From: Ginsengibacter sp.
Lineage (GTDB): Bacteria > Bacteroidota > Bacteroidia > Chitinophagales > Chitinophagaceae
DNA: 64,000 nt
NCBI GenBank assembly: GCA_039934515.1
Contig: JBDTLZ010000122.1
Span: forward strand, 1,874 to 65,873
Direction: 5' to 3'
Positions 50,037-60,360 of this stretch are shown here, one piece after another. The notes beneath the pieces were generated by a model. That model had not been told where the DNA came from and did no database searches. It worked only from the letters and a program-made list of their open reading frames with translations. Position 1 is the stretch's first letter. Each line of letters opens with the position of its first letter. A program made the position numbers and the translations under genes.

Positions 50037-51719
50037 TCAGGTAAGGTAATTCCCAACAATGGGCACCCTTCGCCCTACACCAAAGGCTTTTGGCGAGATT
50101 CGGATTATGGGACAAAATTGGTTCCTTTTGTATTCATTTTTATTTACCATACTTAATATTCGATCGACCAGCGACGCATCAAACCCCTGTGATTTTATTT
50201 CTGCGGGGCCCTGCACCCGCTCAATATATTGATATAAGATTTTATCCAGGATATCGTATTCAGGAAGGCTGTCACTGTCTTTTTGATCATGCCTTAATTC
50301 TGCAGAAGGCGCTTTAGTGAGAATATTTGCAGGGATTATTTCTTTTTCTGAATTGATAAACCTGGCAAGCTCATATACCTGGGTTTTGTAACAATCGCCT
50401 ATTACACCAAGGCCTCCGGCCATATCACCATAAAGGGTACCATAGCCGGTAGCGAGCTCGCTTTTATTGGAAGTATTTAACAGGATGTATCCAAACTTAT
50501 TAGCGAGAGCCATCAACAGGTTTCCTCTCGAGCGGCTCTGAATATTTTCTTCTGCAATATTAAATGGCAAGCCTGAAAAAAACGGTTCAAGCTCTTTGAT
50601 AAACTGGCCGTAAATATTTTTTATGGGAATGATATCATAAGGGTTACCCAGGTTTTTGCTTAGTTTTTCACCATCCTTAACAGAATGGGAAGTTGAAAAT
50701 TCAGAAGGCATCAGGATCGCCCGCACATTTTCTTTTCCCAATGCATCACATGCCAGTACCAGTGTAACAGCGCTATCTATGCCGCCACTGCTGCCAATGA
50801 TGGCCCTGGTAAATCCCATTTTTTTAAAGTAATCTTTTATTCCCAATACAATGGCTTTATACACCTGTGAGGTATTCAGGTCTGCGGTGTAAAACAGGGG
50901 GTCCATAAATCCATTTGGCATTGCCACTGCCGGCTCAATTACCGGTGCGGCTATGGTTCCATCTTCGTTAATATTTATTTCGGCTATTTCTTCTTTAAAT
51001 TGAGGCAGTGCTGCGCAAAGGTTGGCATCCTTATCAAAAACCAATGATGCACCGTCAAATACAATTTCCGTTTGGCTGCCCACAGCATTGCAATAGATGA
51101 GGGGTAGTTTATACTTTGTTACGTTGGCTTTTATGGTTGCTTTCCTGTCGTCAACGTGGGTATAATCAAAAGGAGAGGCAGAAATATTGATCATGATATC
51201 CGGTTCCTGGTGCATCAGGATGTCCATCGGGCATACCCGGTAAAGCGGATTGTCTCCCAGGTTCCAGATATCTTCACACACCGTAAGGGCAATTTTTTTT
51301 CCTTTGAAGGGTATGATGTTCCAGCTGAATGCGGGTTCAAAATACCTGTATTCATCGAATACATCGTAATTGGGCAGGCAGGTTTTGTGCGCTATACCTT
51401 TTACCTGATTTTCGTAGAGCAGGAATGCAGCATTGAAAAGATTTTTGCCTTCCCTTACAGGATTGCGATCGGGAGCGCCAATAATTACACCTATATTACC
51501 TGCATGTTGTTTTATAACGTCGATGCTTTCATAACATTTATTAATAAAATCATTGAAATCGAGAAAGTCTCTTGCAGGATAGCCACATATACACAATTCA
51601 CTAAAAACGATAAGGTCCGCTTGTTTTTCCTTCGCAATTTTTATTGCCTCAATAATTTTAGCCGTGTTTCCTTCAAAATTGCCGATATGATAATTTTGCT
51701 GCGCAAGAACTATTTTCAT
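50037..51719 (-). CDS. nadE: Glutamine-dependent NAD+ synthetase
   Basis: Nitrilase domain (FSEL, KTCLPNYDVFDEYRYF, VCEDIW) plus SGGIDS, ENIQSR, NKSE, PSAEL. Confidence 0.96.
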   Translation of the reverse strand: MKIVLAQQNYHIGNFEGNTAKIIEAIKIAKEKQADLIVFSELCICGYPARDFLDFNDFINKCYESIDVIKQHAGNIGVIIGAPDRNPVREGKNLFNAAFLLYENQVKGIAHKTCLPNYDVFDEYRYFEPAFSWNIIPFKGKKIALTVCEDIWNLGDNPLYRVCPMDILMHQEPDIMINISASPFDYTHVDDRKATIKANVTKYKLPLIYCNAVGSQTEIVFDGASLVFDKDANLCAALPQFKEEIAEININEDGTIAAPVIEPAVAMPNGFMDPLFYTADLNTSQVYKAIVLGIKDYFKKMGFTRAIIGSSGGIDSAVTLVLACDALGKENVRAILMPSEFSTSHSVKDGEKLSKNLGNPYDIIPIKNIYGQFIKELEPFFSGLPFNIAEENIQSRSRGNLLMALANKFGYILLNTSNKSELATGYGTLYGDMAGGLGVIGDCYKTQVYELARFINSEKEIIPANILTKAPSAELRHDQKDSDSLPEYDILDKILYQYIERVQGPAEIKSQGFDASLVDRILSMVNKNEYKRNQFCPIIRISPKAFGVGRRVPIVGNYLT

Positions 51720-52030
51720 AATGCAAAATTAAGATAATAATAATTTCAACCAGGTCTCATTGAGTTTCGGCGAATGATACCAGCTCCTGTTATTTTTTTG
51801 TGGTAGTTGGCCACCTGGCGCATACTATATATAAAACTACAAACCATATTTGCTATTTTCCATTTTCCAATAACCGTAATGAAAAAATCAGCAAAGAATG
51901 CACCCGGCGGTAGACGGTCGAAAAAAGACCAGGTGCGTTTGCGTTTGACAGTTATAATCCGTTTTTTGTGAAATAGAATTAAATGTTATTGGTACTTTTG
52001 AAAGTTATAAATAATTACAGATTGCTATGC

Positions 52031-52843
52031 ATGATGAACGATGAAGAAACCCATATTGAAACGAATAGAAAGACCTGGAATGAAAAAACAGGCATCCATA
52101 TAAGCGCTGCTTTTTATGATCACGAAAATTTTTTGAAAGGCAAATCTTCTCTCAACGATATTGAGTTGGATTTATTAGGAGATATATCCGGAAAAAAGAT
52201 ACTCCACCTCCAATGTCATTTCGGGCAGGATACTATTTCATTGAGCAGGCTCGGTGCAGCGGTCACTGGTGTAGATTTATCAGACGAGGCAATTAAAAGT
52301 GCGGAAAAATTTGCGTCCGAAACCAATACACAGGTAAATTTTATTTGTTGTAATATTTATGATTTGCCCCGTTTCATTGATGCACATTTTGATATTGTGT
52401 TTACAAGTTATGGAACGATAACCTGGTTACCTGATCTTCATAGATGGGCTCAAATCATTTCAACTTATTTGAAGCCCGGAGGAAAGTTTGTCTTTGTAGA
52501 TTTTCATCCTGTAGTTTGGATGTTTGATGACGACTTTGACAAACCTGGATATAATTATTTCAATACAGGAGCATTGGTGGAAACAGAAACCGGTACTTAT
52601 GCCGATAAATCGTCTGAGGTTATGCATCATTATGTAAATTGGAATCACAGCATAAGTGAAATAATTAATAGCCTTGTTAATAACGGGCTTGAAATTAATT
52701 CATTTGATGAATTCGATTATTCGCCTTATGATTGTTTTAAGCATACGGTTTCGGTTGAGCCCGGCAAGTATCGCATTAAACACCTCGATAATAAAATTCC
52801 TATGCTATGTGCTATTCTTGCGACAAAGAAAACGGGTAATTGA
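52031..52843 (+). CDS. Class I SAM-dependent methyltransferase
   Basis: ILHLQCHFGQDT, GVDLS, FDIVFTSYG, LKPGG. Start moved downstream of TACTTTTG at 51993-52000. Confidence 0.88.
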   Translation: MMNDEETHIETNRKTWNEKTGIHISAAFYDHENFLKGKSSLNDIELDLLGDISGKKILHLQCHFGQDTISLSRLGAAVTGVDLSDEAIKSAEKFASETNTQVNFICCNIYDLPRFIDAHFDIVFTSYGTITWLPDLHRWAQIISTYLKPGGKFVFVDFHPVVWMFDDDFDKPGYNYFNTGALVETETGTYADKSSEVMHHYVNWNHSISEIINSLVNNGLEINSFDEFDYSPYDCFKHTVSVEPGKYRIKHLDNKIPMLCAILATKKTGN

Positions 52844-52902
52844 AATTAACTGGTGCTTTAAATAAATATAGCAGGCATGTATTTTTTTCTTTTATTTGAG
52901 GT

Positions 52903-53955
52903 ATGAAGAAAATAGCAATTCCCCTGTACTGCATTCTTTTTTGTTTTTCGTGCAGCAGCAAAAAGGGTATCCCGGATGTGTCGGGAATTACTGTAAACCT
53001 GGAAACGCGAAGGTTTGAGCAGGATTTTTTTGCTATAGATACGATGAATATTGCTGCTTCGCTCGCAACGATTTTGAAAAAATACCCGCACTTTACGCCC
53101 GATTATATAGAGAATATCCTTGGGCTGGATATGGACAGTTTATTGATTGCCGGAAACGCACAAGGCAATGCCGTTCGATTATTTATTCACGATTACAGGC
53201 CGGTTAAGGATTCAGTTGATTTGATTTTTAAAGATTTCGGAAAAGAGACAAACGAAATAAAAAGCGGGTTGCAATTTGTAAAATATTATTTCCCGGCATA
53301 TAAATTGCCATCGTCGGTTATAACTTTTATCGGGCCAATTAATGCCAATTTCGAAACATCGTTTGGTACACAGGGCGACATACTTACTTCAGAAGGTTTA
53401 GGCATTGGGCTCCATCTCCATCTTGGCAAAAATTTTTCATTGTATAAAAGCCAGGAAGGGCAGGAGCAATACCCGGCATACCTGGCTGATAATTTTGATG
53501 CCGCACATATTCCCATAAACTGTATGCGAAATATTATTGATGACATGTTTCCCGGCAAAATTACCGGGAGGTCTCTGATAGAGCAGATGGTTGAGAAAGG
53601 TAAAAGAATGTACCTCCTCACAAAATTCTTACCACGCACTCCGGAGTATATGTGTTTTGGCTATAGTGAAAAACAATTAAAAGATTCCTATACAAATGAG
53701 GCAGTGATATGGGACTTTTTTTTAAACAACGACCTGCTCAATAATTCGGAACAGAATATCATAAAGAATTATATTGGTGAAAGCCCTAAAACGCAGGAAC
53801 TGGGTGAAGATTCACCTGGTAATATCGGTACGTTTACAGGAATGCAAATTGTAAAAAGATATCTCGATAAATTTCCAAAAACAACATTGGAGCAACTCAT
53901 GAAGACAGATGCAGCGGAAGTGTATAGTATGGCGAAATATAAGCCGAGGAGCTAA
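52903..53955 (+). CDS. gldB: Gliding motility lipoprotein GldB-like
   Basis: Lipobox FSC, RFEQDFF, YYFP, MVEKGK, YIGESPKTQELGEDSPGNIG...QIVKRY, KYKP. Confidence 0.75.
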   Translation: MKKIAIPLYCILFCFSCSSKKGIPDVSGITVNLETRRFEQDFFAIDTMNIAASLATILKKYPHFTPDYIENILGLDMDSLLIAGNAQGNAVRLFIHDYRPVKDSVDLIFKDFGKETNEIKSGLQFVKYYFPAYKLPSSVITFIGPINANFETSFGTQGDILTSEGLGIGLHLHLGKNFSLYKSQEGQEQYPAYLADNFDAAHIPINCMRNIIDDMFPGKITGRSLIEQMVEKGKRMYLLTKFLPRTPEYMCFGYSEKQLKDSYTNEAVIWDFFLNNDLLNNSEQNIIKNYIGESPKTQELGEDSPGNIGTFTGMQIVKRYLDKFPKTTLEQLMKTDAAEVYSMAKYKPRS

Positions 53956-54338
53956 TTGAGTTTTAAAGGGACAATCATTTCAAAGGCAGGAATATTTACA
54001 AGAAATGTTTTTTTATTATGACTGTTTTCCATGAAATAAATACCATGCATTTTCCCCATCTCGCTTCTTAAATTACACCCGCTGACATATTGATATTTTT
54101 CACCCGGATTTATTTGTGGCTGTATTCCTATCACGCCTTCACCTTCTACTTCGCGGTGTTCTGCATTGCTGTCAAAAATATACCAGTGCCTCCTTAATAA
54201 CTGCACGGGAAAGGAATTATTATTTTCAATTGTAATACGGTAAGCAAACATGAATTCACCAGAAACAGGATTACTATATTCAGGCTGATAAAATGTTTCA
54301 ACACTTATGGTGACCCCTTCTGATATTTTTGAAATCAT
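53952..54338 (-). CDS. apaG: ApaG protein
   Basis: FAYRITIEN, QLLRRHWYI, EVEGEGVIG, YQYVSGC. Confidence 0.95.
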   Translation of the reverse strand: MISKISEGVTISVETFYQPEYSNPVSGEFMFAYRITIENNNSFPVQLLRRHWYIFDSNAEHREVEGEGVIGIQPQINPGEKYQYVSGCNLRSEMGKMHGIYFMENSHNKKTFLVNIPAFEMIVPLKLN

Positions 54339-54409
54339 ATTCTGGTGCTTAGTTATAAAGTTATCAAAATTCAGGAAATACGCAACGATATTTTTCTAAG
54401 CTCAGGAAG

Positions 54410-54751
54410 CTACCATTTCTTCGCCCGCGTGTATCCTGCACTGGTAAGCCACCTAAAAATTTTTTCCCTATTGTCTCCCTGTATTATTATCTCATTGTTT
54501 TTTACCGATCCACCTGTTCCGCAATAAGATTTCAAGAGCTTTCCTAATTTTTCAAGATCGGCTTCAGTACCGGAAAAACCCTCAACGAGCGTAACTACTT
54601 TCCCACTCCGGTGTTTCGCATCAAGCTTGATGTCGAGTCGCTGCTCCTGAACCGGTAAGGTTATTCCTTCATCCGCCTTTTGCCCTGTGGTAAAATTTGC
54701 ATCAGTGGAATAAACAATGGCATTCGTATTATATAACTTTTTCTTGGGCAT
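54410..54751 (-). CDS. SUI1/YciH translation initiation factor homolog
   Basis: RSGKVVTLVEG, LKSYCGTGGSVK, IIIQGD. Confidence 0.92.
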   Translation of the reverse strand: MPKKKLYNTNAIVYSTDANFTTGQKADEGITLPVQEQRLDIKLDAKHRSGKVVTLVEGFSGTEADLEKLGKLLKSYCGTGGSVKNNEIIIQGDNREKIFRWLTSAGYTRAKKW

Positions 54752-54752
54752 A

Positions 54753-55619
54753 TTATTGCGTTATTTCGGCTTTTAAACTTAAATCAAGGCTCCTTGCCTG
54801 GTGTATGACCGCCCCACTCGAAATAAAATCAACGCCCGTCGCGGCATACGATTCAATATTTTCATAATTGATTCCTCCACTTGCTTCAGTTTCATAAGCG
54901 CCATTAATGATTAGCAGTGCCTCTGTAATTTGTTGTATTGAGAAATTGTCCAACATGATCCTGTCTACTTTACCAATGCGCATAACTTCTTTTACGTCCT
55001 CCATAGTGCGCGTTTCAACCTCAATTTTTAACCCTGGTTTTTTTTCCTGTACATAGAGCCATGCCTTCGTGATTGCCTGCTCAAGGCCACCACAATAATC
55101 TATGTGATTATCTTTCAGCATAATCATATCGTAGAGGCCCGATCTATGATTAAAGCCACCGCCAGTACGAACTGCTTCTTTTTCCAAGACCCTGAAGTTT
55201 GGCGTGGTTTTGCGCGTGTCGAGCAACCTGGTATGATAGCCTTTTAACCGGTCAACATATTTTCTTGTAAGTGTTGAGATACCGCACATTCGTTGCATGC
55301 AGTTAAGCACAAGGCGTTCACATATAAGTATGTCATGAATTTTTGCATCCACTTCAAACGCAATTTCTCCCGGCTTCATGGTATCTCCGTCCTGTTTGAA
55401 TTTTCTTACAACAGAAGTTATATCCGAGTAAGCAAATATTTTTTCAGCAACGTGCACACCGGCTAAAATTCCTTCGGCCTTTATTTTTAAAACTGCCTTT
55501 CCTCTTGTCGCGGGGTCTATACATGAGAGGGTAGAATGATCGCCATCACCAACATCCTCGAACAATGCGTTTTTAATAAGCGTATTAACCTGCTGGTCGT
55601 AAATATCCTGGTTGTACAT
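54753..55619 (-). CDS. nadC: Quinolinate phosphoribosyltransferase
   Basis: EDVGDGD, ERLVLN, DTRKTTP, HRSGLYD, KDNH, IMLDNF, EASGGI. Confidence 0.97.
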   Translation of the reverse strand: MYNQDIYDQQVNTLIKNALFEDVGDGDHSTLSCIDPATRGKAVLKIKAEGILAGVHVAEKIFAYSDITSVVRKFKQDGDTMKPGEIAFEVDAKIHDILICERLVLNCMQRMCGISTLTRKYVDRLKGYHTRLLDTRKTTPNFRVLEKEAVRTGGGFNHRSGLYDMIMLKDNHIDYCGGLEQAITKAWLYVQEKKPGLKIEVETRTMEDVKEVMRIGKVDRIMLDNFSIQQITEALLIINGAYETEASGGINYENIESYAATGVDFISSGAVIHQARSLDLSLKAEITQ

Positions 55620-55700
55620 TACATAAATATAATACGCATTTGAAAGCGGTGCTTCCCTGAAATTTCTTTCATCTTAAAAAACTATTGGAGCTGGCAGAAA

Positions 55701-56075
55701 TTATTTTTCAAAACGGAGTTCCTGCACTAATTCTTTATCACCTTTTTGTTTCATAAATATGGTCGTCCGAAACACGCCATTACTGGTTGCTAAATTACCA
55801 ATACAATATTGAGAACCCGGGGTATCGCTTTTATGAAGAATTTGAAAATCTTTTACACCATTTGTAGCAAAAAAATCACGTAGTACTAATTCTGCCTGGC
55901 TCTTACTGTAAGAATTGCTTTTTTCGGGAAGGCTGATCTCTACGGTGTTATCGAAGTATTTTGAAACTTCGGTGGAATTTCCAGACTTTATTGCTTTTAC
56001 AACCTCATTAAATGAAAGCGAGATAAAAGAACAAGCCAGGATAATTATGGTTATAGAGCGTAATATTTTTTTCAT
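55701..56075 (-). CDS. Exported protein, DUF4783-like
   Basis: Signal peptide, AIKSGN...YF, YSKSQAELVLRDFF, IGNL. Confidence 0.75.
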   Translation of the reverse strand: MKKILRSITIIILACSFISLSFNEVVKAIKSGNSTEVSKYFDNTVEISLPEKSNSYSKSQAELVLRDFFATNGVKDFQILHKSDTPGSQYCIGNLATSNGVFRTTIFMKQKGDKELVQELRFEK

Positions 56076-56214
56076 TGTAAAACACTTGACTTACTTTATT
56101 TTGCGAAAAACGTGCCAACATGCAATTGGCTGTTAATAAGCGCCATTGTAACATTATATTTGGTAAAATTAACCAATTTGTAATTTCTTAAGTTTGAATA
56201 ATTAGCTTTGGAAA

Positions 56215-57735
56215 ATGGAAGCAAAAAAAGTAATCTTAATAATAATGGATGGATGGGGGTTGGGGAAAGTAAAGGAAAGCGATGCCATCCAAAATGCAAA
56301 TGTCCCTTTTGTAAATTCCCTTTATAAAAAACATTCGAATTCAACGCTTGTTACGTGTGGTGAAGCGGTAGGTTTGCCCGAAGGACAAATGGGCAATAGT
56401 GAAGTCGGCCACCTGAACCTTGGTGCAGGCCGTATCGTTTACCAGGAGCTGGAGCGAATAAATGTTGCTATTAAGAAAGGAGAATTTCAAAAAAATGAGA
56501 TCCTCCTCAAAAGTTTAACCTATGCAAAGGAAAATAATAAGCCATTACATCTTATTGGCCTCGTAAGTAATGGCGGTGTTCACTCTCATATTGACCACCT
56601 TAAAGCCATAACATCGCTATGTAAAGAAAAAAATATTGAGCAGGTATACATACATGCCTTTACTGATGGAAGGGATACAGATCCTAAAAGCGGCATCCAT
56701 TTTTTGCGGGAATTACAGGCGCATCTTAACAGCACTACCGGTAAAATAGCCACTATTACAGGGCGATATTATGCAATGGACCGTGATAAAAGATGGGAGC
56801 GGGTTAAAATTGCTTATGATGCGCTGGTACACAGAATTGGCAATACGACTGCTGATATCTTTTCAGCGATAGCCACAGAATATGAAAAAGATATAACCGA
56901 TGAATTTTTAATGCCGCTTATAAACGCAGGTACTCCCGGTTCGGGCATTAAAGACGGTGATGCCGTTATTTGCTTTAATTTTCGTACAGACCGGTGCAGG
57001 GAAATAACGGAAGCACTTACACAAACTGCTTTCCCTGATTTTCAGATGTACCCATTGCAACTGCATTATACTACTATGACGATGTACAGTCACGCTTTTA
57101 AAAATCTTGAAGTAATGTTCGAAAAAGATGATTTAATAAATACACTGGGAGAAATTTTAAGTGCTAATAATAAAAAGCAAATACGCATTTCAGAAACCGA
57201 AAAGTATCCGCATGTTACCTTTTTTTTCAGTGGAGGCCGTGAGGTTCCCTTCGAAGGAGAAAGCAGGATAATGATTCCATCACCCAAAGTCGCTACTTAT
57301 GATTTGCAGCCGCAGATGAGTGCTAATGAAGTTACCGCTGCCTTGCTTCCGGAAATCAACAACAAAACTGCAGACTTTATTTGCCTCAATTTTGCGAATG
57401 CTGACATGGTTGGGCATACAGGTGTTTGGAGTGCAGTTATAGCAGCAGTGGAAACTGTAGATAAATGTGTTGAGCAAATTGTCACTGCGGGACTCGAAAA
57501 TGGGTACACAATTTTTCTTACAGCCGACCACGGCAATGCTGATTATATGATCAACGAAGATGGCACCCCCAATACTGCCCATACGTTAAACCTGGTGCCC
57601 TTTTTTATTATTGATAAAGACTGGACGGGAACTATAAAAAACGGAAAGCTGGCAGATCTGGCCCCTACTATTTTGACTGTGATGAACCTGCCAATCCCGC
57701 CCCAAATGACCGGGGATGTTTTAATTTCTGCATAA
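56215..57735 (+). CDS. gpmI: 2,3-BPG-independent phosphoglycerate mutase
   Basis: IIMDGWG, GQMGNSEVGH, GRYYAMDRD, ETEKYPHVT, DMVGHTG, TADHGN. Confidence 0.98.
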   Translation: MEAKKVILIIMDGWGLGKVKESDAIQNANVPFVNSLYKKHSNSTLVTCGEAVGLPEGQMGNSEVGHLNLGAGRIVYQELERINVAIKKGEFQKNEILLKSLTYAKENNKPLHLIGLVSNGGVHSHIDHLKAITSLCKEKNIEQVYIHAFTDGRDTDPKSGIHFLRELQAHLNSTTGKIATITGRYYAMDRDKRWERVKIAYDALVHRIGNTTADIFSAIATEYEKDITDEFLMPLINAGTPGSGIKDGDAVICFNFRTDRCREITEALTQTAFPDFQMYPLQLHYTTMTMYSHAFKNLEVMFEKDDLINTLGEILSANNKKQIRISETEKYPHVTFFFSGGREVPFEGESRIMIPSPKVATYDLQPQMSANEVTAALLPEINNKTADFICLNFANADMVGHTGVWSAVIAAVETVDKCVEQIVTAGLENGYTIFLTADHGNADYMINEDGTPNTAHTLNLVPFFIIDKDWTGTIKNGKLADLAPTILTVMNLPIPPQMTGDVLISA

Positions 57736-58098
57736 TACAAGGCTTCAGGCAAGTAAGAAATATAGCCATGACAATTTCACAATTTTGATCGCTTTGGTTT
57801 TAATTCAATTCTTACAGCTTTCGGGAGTATTTCCAGCGATATTAGTATCGTGAAGAAGGGTTTCTGAAAGGAAGAAATAGCAACCATTACTTACCTGGTA
57901 GCCTTTAAAGGGACCTAATATGACTAAAATGTCGCCTGTTGCACGATTTGCCTGTTTCTAAGGCACACAAAGCCTGGCGCAGTCTTCACATTGACAAAAT
58001 TGTATACCAGGGGGCTAAGGAGATTATTTTTTTCCTGTAAATGCAGCTTTTATCCTTAATTTTTGTCATATCTTAGTAGGGTTAAACAAATAATAAAT

Positions 58099-58677
58099 AT
58101 GACAGAAGACCTGATGGTTCAAGGCTGTCTTGAGAACTCAGCTTCCGCACAAGAGGCTTTGTATACCCGTTTCAGCCCTCGAATGCTAGGCGTTTGTTAT
58201 CGTTTTGCCCGCAACAGGGAAGATGCTGAAGATATGATGCAGGAGGGTTTTATCAAAGTATTTACCCAAATTCACCAGTTTCGGGGCCAGGGTGCGCTTG
58301 AAGGATGGATCAGGAGAATAGTAGTGCACACCTGCATAAACGTATTAAAAAAGAATAAGAAATTTACGGATAGTGTGGATCTTTTCCATGCAACCAGTAT
58401 GTACCTGAATGAAAACAATATCCCTTCGATATTGCAGGCTAAGCAGGTTGTTGAATGTATAAGATTGCTACCTGTTGGATATAAAACCGTATTAAATCTT
58501 TATGCAATAGAAGGTTATTCGCACAAAGAGATTGCTGCTATACTTGATATAGAGGAGAGCACAAGCAGGTCACAATATACGAGGGCAAAATCGATGCTTG
58601 AAGACGTTCTGCTCAAAAAGAAAATTCTACAGCAGCCAAGGGAAAAGATAAAAATGGTTCGTGAAGTAAGTAATTAG
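58099..58677 (+). CDS. ECF RNA polymerase sigma factor
   Basis: Region 2 DAEDMMQEGFIKVF/WIRRI and region 4 EGYSHKEIA...STSRSQYTRAK. Start set at MTEDL, after TATCTTAG at 58069-58076. Confidence 0.95.
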   Translation: MTEDLMVQGCLENSASAQEALYTRFSPRMLGVCYRFARNREDAEDMMQEGFIKVFTQIHQFRGQGALEGWIRRIVVHTCINVLKKNKKFTDSVDLFHATSMYLNENNIPSILQAKQVVECIRLLPVGYKTVLNLYAIEGYSHKEIAAILDIEESTSRSQYTRAKSMLEDVLLKKKILQQPREKIKMVREVSN

Positions 58678-58734
58678 CTGAATGATGAGAATAGTTCTAA
58701 TATTTATTACCAATTAACTGAAATTATGTGATCA

Positions 58735-60249
58735 ATGGAACGAAGATTTTTTATGAACGAGTTTGAGCAATCCCTGAAAGAGCAGGCCGATAAGTTCCAA
58801 ATGGTACCTTCAAAAAAAGTATGGCATGGGATATATAATGACCTGCATCCCGGCAAAAGGTGGCCTTCGGTAACCATGTCCCTTTTATTGATATTTACAC
58901 TGGTGGTGATCGGGCACCTTAATACCAATAATAGCCGTCGCCTGGCGTATATGGCAGAGAAAACCTCAGAAGCTAAGGGCCTTGCCATTGCTGTTGGAAA
59001 AAATACCGGCCCGCCCGGGAATATTCAGAGAATTAATATAAGAAGAACAGACCTGGATAAAGGACGGGAATTATTTGTTTATTCAACAGGTAAACCTGGC
59101 AGTACCACCGCCCTCACCCATGAGGATTTAGACGCTGCCCGTGATAATAATTTAAGAGGGGATCGCACCGGGCCGGATAATTCAAAACCCGCAGATATTT
59201 CAGGGACATCATTTTTTCAAAAAAGTTTCCTGCTGAGCCGGCATCCAATAGCAAACTCAATTAATAATAGTATTGCGGAAAATGAAAATAGCAGGAAAGC
59301 CGGCCTTATAAAAGGCGTTGCTATTAATGAAACTACAGGTGTTTCATCACTTAAAACACAAACAGGGGCAGAATTTGTTGAAAGAGAACTTGCGGTGAAC
59401 ATCCTGCCGGTGAAAAAAAATAGCCTTAATAGTAAAGACCTTTCAAACGATAAAAATAATAATGAGATTAATTCTACGAAAAATACATTAACTGCCGAAA
59501 AGAAGGTAGTCAGGTTTCATAAAAAGCGGAATGATAAAATACGCTGGGTATTTTTCGCCGGCCCTGTTGTCAACAATGTGTCTTTTGGTGGTAAGCCACT
59601 GAAAGCGACACCCAATGCGAATTTTGCACCCGGGTTATCGGCAAATCAAAAGGACTACAATGTGATCCACCATTCTTCCCTGGGGATGGATGCGGGTATT
59701 CAAATGAATTACGGTCTTACAAAAAAGCTACGGTTTACCACGGGTATGCATCTTAGTTACTCGGGCTATAACATAGTTTCCAATGAAGTGCATCCAACCT
59801 TTGCCACTTTGCGGCTGAGAGACCCTGAAACGGGGATCACTTATTCAAAGAGTTTTATAACCCATTATGGCGACGGCACCGGCCAAACGATAGTTATGAT
59901 ACACAATCATAGCTGGCAACTTTCGATACCGGTTGGCCTCCAATATGAACTTGGCGGTAACAGTAAAATGCAATTCAATGTTGCAGGCAATGTGGAACCC
60001 TCGCTGATCCTTAAAAGTAATGCTTACATCATGTCTTCAGATGGAAACAACTACTTAAATGATCCGTCATTGTTGCGCAAATGGAACCTTAATAGCAATT
60101 TTGGCGCATTTGTTAGTTTCAGTTCTCATAAATTCAAATGGCAGGTAGGGCCGAATGTTCGCTACCAATGGATGTCGACCTATAAAAAAGATTATACCGT
60201 AAAAGAACATTTGATTGACTACGGAATCAGGATTGGCGTTTCAAGATAG
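58735..60249 (+). CDS. Putative anti-sigma factor with TM helix, disordered linker and C-terminal beta-barrel
   Basis: N-terminal FEQSLKE...PSKKVWHGI, TM at about aa 44-63, polar low-complexity region to about aa 265, then amphipathic strands (LSIPVGLQY, GPNVRY, YGIRIGV). Confidence 0.75.
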   Translation: MERRFFMNEFEQSLKEQADKFQMVPSKKVWHGIYNDLHPGKRWPSVTMSLLLIFTLVVIGHLNTNNSRRLAYMAEKTSEAKGLAIAVGKNTGPPGNIQRINIRRTDLDKGRELFVYSTGKPGSTTALTHEDLDAARDNNLRGDRTGPDNSKPADISGTSFFQKSFLLSRHPIANSINNSIAENENSRKAGLIKGVAINETTGVSSLKTQTGAEFVERELAVNILPVKKNSLNSKDLSNDKNNNEINSTKNTLTAEKKVVRFHKKRNDKIRWVFFAGPVVNNVSFGGKPLKATPNANFAPGLSANQKDYNVIHHSSLGMDAGIQMNYGLTKKLRFTTGMHLSYSGYNIVSNEVHPTFATLRLRDPETGITYSKSFITHYGDGTGQTIVMIHNHSWQLSIPVGLQYELGGNSKMQFNVAGNVEPSLILKSNAYIMSSDGNNYLNDPSLLRKWNLNSNFGAFVSFSSHKFKWQVGPNVRYQWMSTYKKDYTVKEHLIDYGIRIGVSR

Positions 60250-60310
60250 AATTAACGGTCGGGGATAAGCCGTCCTTTTACACCGTTGTATTTTTTAACT
60301 ATCATTTTTT

Positions 60311-60344
60311 AAGTCGTTGCTCCCTAATGCAACGGCTTTTTTTT
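60311..60344 (+). terminator. Intrinsic terminator after the sigma/anti-sigma pair
   Basis: AAGTCGTTGC/GCAACGGCTT stem followed by a T-tract. Confidence 0.75.
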
Positions 60345-60360
60345 ATTCGTAATTTTGCTC

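Noticed and set aside
57736-58060. Possible pseudogene fragment in the gpmI-sigma spacer
   Set aside because: Only short stop-interrupted frames with no recognisable motif; it cannot be supported without a search.
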